Made by a program: the position numbers and the translations under genes
Shown: piece after piece, positions 10,108 to 19,103 of the stretch
Layout: every line of letters begins with the position of its first letter
Position numbering within the stretch: position 1 is the first letter of the stretch
The notes under the pieces: model-generated
Told to the model about the DNA's origin: nothing
The model's input: the letters and a program-made list of their open reading frames with translations, nothing else
Databases searched by the model: none
Assembly: GCF_006345805.1 (NCBI RefSeq)
Contig: NW_021824338.1
Location: 1-19,103 of the forward strand
Direction: 5' to 3'
Length of the DNA stretch: 19,103 nucleotides
Origin: Octopus sinensis
Taxonomy: Eukaryota

Positions 10108-10321
10108 GTTTCAAATTTTGGCGCAATGCCAGCAATTTTAGGGGAAAGAGATTGTCGGTTACATCGACTACAGTGCTCAGTTGGTATATATTTTATCGAG
10201 ATCGAAAGGATTTTTATCCTTTCGCTCTCGGCGGAATTTGAACCATGAACACAAAGAGCCTGAAAAAACACTGCTAAGTATTTTTCTCGACACTCAAAAG
10301 ATTCTGCTAGCTCGTTGTCTT
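10108..10321 (-). mobile_element. Old diverged SINE-A-related copy
   Basis: ttacatcgactacagtgc...ttttatcgagatcgaaagga...ctcggcggaatttgaacc...gattctgctagctcg is collinear with family A. Confidence 0.75.
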
Positions 10322-11375
10322 AATGGCTTCTAAACTAAACAATGAAGGATAATACATTGTGATTGAGGAGCCATTTGTCTGATATTTTTAGTGTTACCTC
10401 GTATCACCTTTCAGTGGGAGAGACGAAATATATTTTGAAGTTCAAGTTCATCGTCATTGCGAACTTTCCAGCTAAGGACATTTTTGTGTCATTCACATTC
10501 TTGAAAAACAAAAAAGAAAAAACAAAAAAAAAAAACATACACTTTCGGAAATTTGTTAAACATCGATAAAGAGACCTTGGGCTATTTTATATTTTGCAAA
10601 TATGTTATCCGTTTAAAAATTCATTGTCATTCTTCATCGGTGAAAACTGCATTTTTTTGCATCGGTCGGTCGAATCATCCAAGGTTACGTAGTGAAAATT
10701 TCTTTTGATAAAATTGCTTTGATAAAAGCTACTGGTAAAAGAAGAGTATCTGATATAAAAACATAGCCACCAGGCACATATACATGTGTGTTGGTATAAA
10801 TTATATATATAAAGAAAGAGAGAAAGATAGAGAGAGAGAGCGAGAAAGAAAGAAAGAGGGAGAGAGAAAGAGAGAGTGGGACTCTCATACATAAATATAC
10901 TCCCTTCCTTTGCGTCACTGTCTGGCGTGTTCTTTTATTGACAAGAAGGATTATGTGAAGGCCAGGCTGTTCATGGCTTCAGTTAAACAGTCAGTATTGG
11001 CAATATAAACCCCATATACAACATTCCTGGTCTTATTCATCCCTTTCTATCTAAGTATTATATAATGCCATGGAAATTCTCTTAAAACGGCAACGCTGTT
11101 TCAATCCTATCTGAAGCGCTTTACAATTGACTCGACTCAGTTCTTAACGATCCAATGAAGGATCATTTATGTGTTGGCTCGATCTGCTGGAAATAGCAGC
11201 TAAATTTCCTTCAAATTACGTCAGAATCTTATGAAATTAAGAGCATTGAACTATGTGGTTTTAGATATTTAAAAAGGTGGGATGGATACGACTGGAACGG
11301 GGATTGATAGATGGCAAGATGGATGTATGAATAGATAGAAGGATAGACAGATGCATATAAAGAAAGATACACCAA

Positions 11376-11584
11376 TAGATAGATTCATGCAGTTCTATAT
11401 TTAAGAGATGAGGAATTATGTACATTATTTACATTATTTATATTTGACGGATATTTGCCCTCATCCTGTTTGTTGTTAACACAATGTTTCAGCTGATATA
11501 CCCTCCAGCCTTCATCAGGTGTCTTGGGGAAATTTCGAACCTGGGTTCTCATTCCAAAGGTATTTTTCGATGTTATTATTATTG

Positions 11585-11644
<60 letters not shown>

Positions 11645-11787
11645 TATTATTATTATTATTATATTAATATTATTATATATTATTATATTTTATCATTTTA
11701 TTATATTATCAGGTCACTGCCTGGAATCGAACTCGGAATCTTGGGACCTGAATAATAATAATAATAATATAATAATAATAATAATAA

Positions 11788-11818
<31 letters not shown>

Positions 11819-11836
11819 TAATATAATAATAATATA

Positions 11837-11880
<44 letters not shown>

Positions 11881-12038
11881 AATAACATCGAAAAATAGCA
11901 TAGGAATGAGAACCCAGGTTCGAAATTTCCCCAAGACACCTGATGAAGGCTAGAGAATATATCAGCTGAAACAACAAACAAGATGAGGACAAATATCCAT
12001 CAAATGTAAATAATGTAAATAATGTAGATAGATTCATG
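11376..12038. mobile_element. Inverted two-arm non-autonomous retroelement insertion with target-site duplication
   Basis: Left arm 11390-11715 (minus) and right arm 11745-12026 (plus) are reverse-complementary, about 10 substitutions plus one 11-nt deletion over about 145 unique bp by eye. TAGATAGATTCATG is a direct repeat at 11376-11389 and 12025-12038. The 29-nt spacer carries a B-box (GAGTTCGATTCC, minus, 11723-11734). Confidence 0.9.
11478..11523 (-). ncRNA. Minimal type-I hammerhead ribozyme motif, slightly decayed
   Basis: Minus strand reads GACAC-CUGAUGA-A-GGCUG(GAGGGUAUAU)CAGCU-GAAA-C-A-UU-GUGUU, with conserved core, 5-bp stem I and 5-bp stem II. A second copy at 11935-11972 (plus) has lost its cleavage-site segment. 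Confidence 0.7.
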
Positions 12039-12402
12039 GATATATAGATTTGTGCGTGTGTGTTTATATATATTTACACGCACATACACACGCACACACA
12101 CATATATATAGTATACTGTTATGTAAAGCTAAGATCAACAAAAAAAAGTACTCCATCTGGCGAGAGATAAATATTGTTTAATGAACACAGTATAGATTTT
12201 TATGAGATACTAATAGTTTCATGCGATGAAAACAACTCAGTCAACATTTTATAACACGTCTGGTACCTTCATGCAATCTTCGGGCTATGCTTACATGGCA
12301 TATACAAGCTAAAACAAGACGACTGAATAAGAGAAAATTCGTTTCTCATAATATTTTCTTCGCAGAGATAATGGAATGGTTTACCATTGCCTTCTCTCAC
12401 AG

Positions 12403-12507
12403 ATCTTATTTTACTCCTTAGGGTGTCCAGACATCCTCTTCACAAGAGTAGCAAGCTACTCAAGTGAGGGAGCCGTTTTAGTTACCGACCACACGACCAT
12501 GGAACAG
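12403..12507 (+). other. Candidate exon, 105 nt, phase 0-0 (alternative acceptor at 12420-12421)
   Basis: Acceptor gccttctctcacAG (12401-12402) and donor CAG|GTAGTA (12508). Open frame ILFYSLGCPDILFTRVASYSSEGAVLVTDHTTMEQ contains a strong Kozak accATGG at 12499. No recognised homology. Confidence 0.3.
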
Positions 12508-12515
12508 GTAGTATT

Positions 12516-12934
12516 AATTTCTTTATTGCCCACCGGGAGCTTAACAAACAAGAGGGAACAAACAAGAACGGACAAAGGGATTAAGTTGATTACATCGACT
12601 CCAGTGCGCTACCGGTACTTATTTAATCGACAACAAATGGATGAAAAGCAAAGTCGACCTTGGTGGAATTTGAACTCAGAACGTAACGGCAGACGAAATA
12701 CCTATTTCTTTACTACCCACAAGGGGCTAAACACAGAGGGAACAAACAAGGACAGACTAACGGATTAAGTCGATTATATCGACCCAAGTGCGTAACTGGT
12801 ACTTAATTTATCGACTCCGAAAGGATGAAAGGCAAAGTCGACCTCGGCGGAATTTGAACTCAGAACGTAACGGCAGACGAAATACCACTAAGCATTTCGC
12901 CCTGCGTGCTTACGATTCTGCCTGCTCGCCGCCT
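12516..12934 (-). mobile_element. SINE family A, two-unit composite (12702-12934 complete; 12516-12701 headless and more diverged)
   Basis: Same body as the other A copies; junction cgaaatac|ctatttc at 12701/12702. Confidence 0.93.
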
Positions 12935-13364
12935 CTATATTGGTTTACACGGGACAAGTTGACGGTCTCTTCAACATGTGATGAAATCCCGGACCTGACG
13001 TATAGGTAGATAGATAGATATGTGGAATGTGAGTTAGATAAGTGTACTGTTGTATGAACTGGCGGGTGGGTGGATATAGATATGAATATATTATGCGTGA
13101 CTGAATATACAGTTCAATGAGTGTATACATGGTTTGAGAGACATGTACACTAACGAATATATAAAATGATAGATAAATAAAAACATGGACTTATGAATGA
13201 ACCAGTGGTGGTTGTGGTGGCGTTAGTGGTTACCGGGACAAGCTAGTCGTTCCGGTTTTTTGTCAATAGATTAAAAACAGTCTCATATTAGTTACTATTA
13301 GTAATCTAAAGTAATGGTGGGGCAGGACCCGTTTTTCTGGCAGACAGAAGGATAGGAGAGAAAG

Positions 13365-13372
13365 AAAGTGTG

Positions 13373-13438
<66 letters not shown>

Positions 13439-13490
13439 CGCCTTTGTGTTACTCTTTCACTCGCACCTCTCTCTCTCTCTCTCTCTTCCA
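13365..13490. repeat. (GA)n followed by (CT)n
   Basis: Read directly; the two tracts are complementary and separated by about 35 nt. Confidence 0.95.
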
Positions 13491-13746
13491 CGAGGGATAA
13501 ATTCCGAAACGTCTGCCTAATTCATGAACAGTGCGTAAGCCTATTCCGATCAACACAACCATAAAACCCATCGCCAACGCAACCAAAAACACTACCACTA
13601 GCACCAGCCGACCAACAGCAGTAGCAGCAGCAGCAGCGTTACTTCTACTTACAATTACAAATTACTAATTACAAATACTTTCTATTAACAAGTTTTATAG
13701 TCGTATTATATATAACATGAAATGGCTGGTGTTTACAACTAGCATT

Positions 13747-13782
<36 letters not shown>

Positions 13783-13979
13783 TGTTGTTGTTGTTGTTGT
13801 TGCTTTGTTGCAGAGCCAAGACAAGAGATTCTCAGTGAAGATTTCTCGTTTGCACGATTCCTGTCACAATTCGTTCCCACGCTATAACTGAAGGATTGTC
13901 TTCCTGTTTTCAAAAAAAGACAATTCCCACCTTTGTAGAAAGTATATAAGAATGCGCGCGCGCATGAGTGAATATACAT

Positions 13980-13980
13980 A

Positions 13981-14017
<37 letters not shown>

Positions 14018-14151
14018 ACACACATACACATATATATGATATATGATACATACATATATATATACATATCAAACATATATAATGATATATGATACATATA
14101 TATATATATATATATAATACATATATATATATATATGTAGATATATAATAT

Positions 14152-14192
<41 letters not shown>

Positions 14193-14415
14193 TATAATAG
14201 CTATATAATATATATACATATATAATATATATATATATATTACATATATATATATATATATATTACATATATTATATATATATATTGTAGATATGTTTAT
14301 ATATATTATATATATATATTGATTTTTTGATTTGATTTTGATTTTTCTAGTTTCAGCTAATGAGCTGTGGCCATGCTGGGGCACCGCCATGCTGGGGCAC
14401 CGTCATTGTATATAT

Positions 14416-14492
<77 letters not shown>

Positions 14493-14520
14493 TATATATA
14501 TACATACATATATATATATC
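13980..14520. repeat. (CA)n/(TA)n microsatellite block
   Basis: Read directly; interrupted at 14347-14405 by a SINE-B-like fragment. Confidence 0.95.
14347..14405 (-). mobile_element. SINE-B-related tail fragment with a 16-bp tandem duplication
   Basis: gtttcagctaatgagctgtggccatgctggggcaccgcc resembles gtttcagtcatttgactgcggtcatgctggaggaccgcc at about 2614-2652; gccatgctggggcacc occurs at 14370-14385 and 14386-14401. Confidence 0.65.
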
Positions 14521-14879
14521 AGACGTTACACCTTCACTAAATGGACACCAACACGCACACACACACACATTCACCTACATTCACATATACGTATAAGCAC
14601 ACACACACTCGCGCGCACGCTCACGCACATTACAGCTCTTTGTCTTTGAACAAACCACTTCATTCCACGGTGACCCCATTCTGTGCAGCTGAAATCGAGC
14701 AACAGTCTCAGAAGTTTCTCTACGTAAACTCTGAGAAGGAAACTCGTCCCATCCAGGTGGTCGTGCTAACCATTGAAGTCTCTGGGTCGCTTTTGCGGCG
14801 TAGATGCTGGGATAAAGTCCAGCCTGGTGACATTGCAATGAATCTCGACCGACCTAAGAACTTAGAAAATCGTAGCACT

Positions 14880-15319
14880 GCTGGTGGTGTTGGTGTGGTG
14901 ATAGTGATATTGACAATAGTGATGATGACAATGACGATGATGATGTTGATGTTGATGATGATGATGATGATGATAAGGCGGCGAGCCGGCAGAAACGTTA
15001 GCACGCCAGGCGAAATGCGTAGCCGTATTTCGTCTGCCGTTACGTTCTGAGTTCAAATTCCGCCGAGGTCGACGTTACCTTTCATCCTTTCGGGGTCGAT
15101 TAAATAAGTACCAGTTACGCACTGGCGTCGGTATAATCGACTTAATCCGTTTGTCTGTCCTTGTTTGTCCTCTCTGTATTTAGCTCCTTGTGGGTAATAA
15201 AGAAATAGATGATGATGATATGATGATGATGATGATGATGATGATGGTGTTGGCATGGTGAGAGTGATCCCGATGATGACTATGGTGATGGTGATGGTTA
15301 TGATCATGGTGGTGATGAA

Positions 15320-15350
<31 letters not shown>

Positions 15351-15400
15351 GTGAGAAGGAGGATTAGTATGAAGATAAAAGTGGTAGTGATCGTTATGGA
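14880..15400. repeat. Degenerate (GAT)n/(GGT)n tract split by a SINE
   Basis: Read directly. Confidence 0.92.
14976..15208 (+). mobile_element. SINE family A, full-length monomer
   Basis: Runs from aggcggcgagccggcagaaacg to gtgggtaataaagaaatag, with (GAT)n on both sides. Confidence 0.95.
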
Positions 15401-15515
15401 TCTAGTCTTTCTCATTCGCAAAATGAACACCCCCTCCCCCACCACCGCCACTAATTTTGCTCAGATTGCTTTCAATTTCGGTGTATCGATGCAACTCTGA
15501 ATTTTGATTACGATC

Positions 15516-15638
15516 AACCAATCACTTTATCACATAAATTAAAGAATCTGATATTATTTGGAATTAAAGTTGAGAAAATTGGGTAATTTTAGCCAATCAA
15601 CAGACAGCATGGCATTAGCAGCTTGTTACCATGACAAC
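15516..15638. promoter_or_regulatory. Candidate promoter module: three CCAAT boxes plus an RFX X-box
   Basis: aaCCAATca at 15516-15524, reverse ATTGG at 15578-15582, agCCAATca at 15591-15599 and GTTACCATGACAAC at 15625-15638. Confidence 0.45.
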
Positions 15639-16714
15639 CACACGCTGTGTTGAGGTTCACTGTTGTCTGTGCCGCTGTTGTCTATGTTAATTTTTCACAT
15701 ATGTTAGTATATTACAGGTTTTTCTGTGTTTTTTCTGTGTTTTTTTTCTGTGTTAGTATTTTTACATATTTTTCATTTCATATACTTTTGGGACACATTG
15801 ACTCAGATAGCTGGATTTATGATTTCACTAGATTAATTCTGTTAAAAAAAAAATTAAATTAGGAGTATTTCTTAAACCGTTAGCTTCACATTTCAACAGC
15901 TTGACTGAAATTTAGTCCACGCAAGAGGAACTGAGAGGGATATCGTGGAACAGAGAAACTATGGGTGATACAGATAATTTGACATTATTCTTGAATTCTG
16001 CATGCAAAAGCATATAAGATACAAGTATCCTTTCCCTCGGGACAAATTCTTTGTTGACCAGTGTTATTCTTATCGTAGTTTACAAATCCAGGCATGAAAA
16101 CGTTACTCAACTTTGGAGTTTTGGAGAAAGACACCCCCTTCACACACACACACGAATGCATAAATGTACATATAAACTTATGCATGAATACATACACTCA
16201 CATGTACTTATATAGTAATGATGCACACAAATACGTGACAGGTGTACATAATACTGAAATACGCATAAAGTAAACACATGCAAATATATTAATATAACAA
16301 ATTAAAAAAATAATTAAACCATACAATCAATGAAGAGACAAAAGAAACAGTAAGATGATACATGTCGATTTTATTTGGTATTTCTGTTTATTTAGAAACC
16401 TACAATGAACAGGTCATATGCTAAGCACTAATTCCACAGGGTACAACCTTAAAGTTGACACCGCTCCGCTAAATGCAGAAAATTTCTGTCTCGCTATTGG
16501 CTAAAAATATACAATTTTTTTCGATTTTTAAACCTCTGTAAGTTTTTACTCTAATTTTTTTTTCTTCACAGCATCATAACCTTCAAAGCAATGAGACTGG
16601 AAGGCTACATTATTATAGCCGATTTTCAGATTTTTTACTGTCTTTTAAAAAATGCATATTTTGCGAATGAAAAAGAAAACTAGATCCATCGCTATGATGA
16701 TAATGGTTATAGAG

Positions 16715-17035
16715 ATAATGAGGATGATAATTATGTTGAAGATGTGATGGTGATGATTATGGGGATAACGATAGTGATGAAGATGATTATGATGATGATG
16801 ATGATGATAATGATGATAATGATGATGATGAAGATGATAGTGATGATGATGGTAATTATGGTGAAGATGTGCTTGTTATAGCGGTGACGGTTACGGTAGT
16901 AGTGGTGGAAATGGTAGTGGTGATGGTGGTTATGTTGGTGACGACATTTGATGGTCATAATGTTGGTGATAGTGATAATGGTGATTATGGTGGTGGTGAT
17001 GGTGATGTTGCCGGTGAACGTAATGATGACTGGTG
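16715..17035. repeat. Degenerate (GAT)n/(GGT)n tract
   Basis: Read directly; accounts for ORF 16731-17273. Confidence 0.92.
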
Positions 17036-17444
17036 ACAGTGGGTTGTGGTAAAAGTTTGGGGCTGGTTCGAACCCGGCAAATTCTTGGAATAAGATTCCC
17101 TCTCCGCAATAATACAATAACCCACCTTGAACAATATAAACAAGAGAAACACCAAGTCCCCTACCACCTCTACCACTACGAAAAAGTAACAAAAAAAAAA
17201 ACAAAAAAAAACCATCAAAAACTAAGTCTTTGCACTGAATTATTAAAGAAAACAATGTAAGAAGTATTGTCAAAAACCGGAAGCCATAAACAAATGATTG
17301 AAGCGGAAGAAGTCAAGGAGTGTGATCATGTGACCAATTTCTGAAAAACAATAGATTTTCTATAAATTTATTTTTTCATTTATAATTGTTTTTCTTATCA
17401 GGGCTTGATAGTTTTTTTCTTCAACTCTTTCATTATAAGAATAC

Positions 17445-17643
17445 CCATGCACACATACAGAGACAGACAGACAGACAGACAGACAGATAGACACACACAC
17501 ACACACACACACACATGCACATACACATGTATGCACTCATGTACAAGTATATCTGACTGCGTATGTGTGTATATACATGTACACAATATTCAAACACACA
17601 CACACACATACACACACTATATACATGTGCATGTATGTATATA

Positions 17644-17700
<57 letters not shown>

Positions 17701-17830
17701 TATATAATATGCATATATATATATATATGTATGTATATATATATGCATATATATATACATACATATATATGTATGTGTGTATATATATATACATACATAT
17801 ATATGTATGTGTATATATGGTATTATATTT

Positions 17831-17877
<47 letters not shown>

Positions 17878-18425
17878 TACATACATGCATATATACATAT
17901 ATACATATATATCTAATATATATATATATATATACATACAGGTATTCATATATAAATATACACACATACTTATATATATATACATATGAACACGTACATG
18001 AATATATACATATACGTTTACAAGTATTTATACACACACACGCCCACATATGTGCATATCTAAATGCATACAAAAGCACAACTAGATATTCCCTTCTCCA
18101 TGCTTTCACGACTCCGACTCTTCCTACTCCCCTTCCTTCCTCTCACTTCGTTCGCGTACTTTCTGACAAACCCCCATTCATTCACTCGTTCATTCATTTA
18201 GCCTTTCATTCATACCTTATAAGCAAGACATTACACCCATCCCCAGAAGATACGCATTCTTCACCCACGTATATATTTATGTGTATGTGTGCACGCATAT
18301 ATATATATATACACACACAAATATATATATATATACATATACATATACATACATACATTATATATATAATATATATACATATACATATATATATAATATA
18401 TATATATATGTATTTATATATGTAG

Positions 18426-18460
<35 letters not shown>

Positions 18461-18650
18461 TATATATATATATATTAATATTACACATTCATACATGTAA
18501 ATTCAGATACAGTTTTGTAAACACTATACCTACACACACATTTATACACAAATATATATATAGAGAGGGAGAGAATGGTACATACACACATACACAAGCA
18601 TATATATATACATGCATATATATATATATATACATGCATATATATATATA
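17445..18650. repeat. Large (GACA)/(CA)/(TA)/(TACA) microsatellite block
   Basis: Read directly, with a short unique island at about 18070-18270; accounts for the ORFs at 17398-18678. Confidence 0.93.
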
Positions 18651-18808
18651 TGGAGGTTATGAGAGGTAATGGTGTCATTGAAACCCAAAGGTGTCAGGTA
18701 ATGCGGCATAAGTGCTATAGATAGACCATAGTTAAGTTCCAGGTTCGGTGATTATGCGAATAAGGGGTTCAACGTTGGTCATATGTCAGCAGGTGTACAT
18801 GAATTTTT

Positions 18809-18928
18809 TTTTTGTAATGAGATAAAAAAACCAAGGCTGTGTAGATTTTAGTACATTTATAGATATATATCTAGACATGTTATAAAATCTACACAGCCTT
18901 GGTTTTTTTCCTATCTCATTACGAAAAA
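18809..18928. repeat. Spacerless palindrome of about 120 bp centred on (TA)n
   Basis: gtaatgagataaaaaaaccaaggctgtgtagatttta pairs with taaaatctacacagccttggtttttttcctatctcattac; the centre tagatatatatcta (18860-18873) is a perfect palindrome. Confidence 0.95.
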
Positions 18929-19103
18929 TATATATATATATGTATATATAAATTTAAAATGAGGGTGAGAAATTTAATATTAATTTAATTAATATCAATT
19001 TCACACCAGTGGTCTAGCATATAAAAAAAACTGAAGGTTCAGTAAAAATTGTATTATATGCATATGAGAGGGAAACCACTATGTGGATGCCCTTATGCTA
19101 GAA

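Noticed and set aside
13814-13888. Possible terminal exon (EPRQEILSEDFSFARFLSQFVPTL*)
   Set aside because: The acceptor tract derives from a (GTT)n microsatellite; no supporting homology or clear poly(A) signal.
14706-14736. Small hairpin tctcagaagttt...aaactctgaga
   Set aside because: Only about 11 bp with a bulge; too short for a pre-miRNA and plausible by chance.
14976-15065. tRNA genes at SINE heads (also 7545-7593, 9530-9616, 11710-11744)
   Set aside because: They have A/B-box-like motifs but no complete cloverleaf, and each continues into a SINE body.
17035-17080. Isolated B-box GGTTCGAACCC at 17065-17075
   Set aside because: No cloverleaf or SINE body follows; at most a decayed head.
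15-18678. The long ORFs in the supplied track (poly-MYVC, IY, HT, CV, II, MM)
   Set aside because: They are translations of di-, tri- and tetranucleotide microsatellites or SINE bodies, with no domain-like content.
18655-18745. Minus-strand peptide YLTPLGFND, resembling a PLE endonuclease C-terminus
   Set aside because: The match is too short, the expected upstream conserved Trp is absent and an in-frame stop lies close upstream.

Overview
AT-rich, microsatellite-saturated eukaryotic intronic or intergenic DNA. The repeat families and (TA)/(CA)/(TAA)/(GAT)/(ATGT) density look like octopus (coleoid cephalopod) DNA; this is inferred from recalled repeat families, not a database hit. No protein-coding gene can be confidently identified, and nearly all supplied ORFs are translations of microsatellites or SINEs. 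The window holds two tRNA-headed SINE families (called A and B here), a 3' fragment of a probable R4/Dong-type non-LTR retrotransposon, a 179-bp SINE-derived tandem array, several fold-back elements and a few unique islands with candidate exons or promoter motifs. The most interesting object is 11376-12038: a short element with a tRNA B-box remnant, a (TAA)n tract and a minimal type-I hammerhead ribozyme motif, present as two outward-facing inverted arms inside one 12-14 bp target-site duplication. This suggests a SINE mobilised by Penelope-like retroelement machinery.
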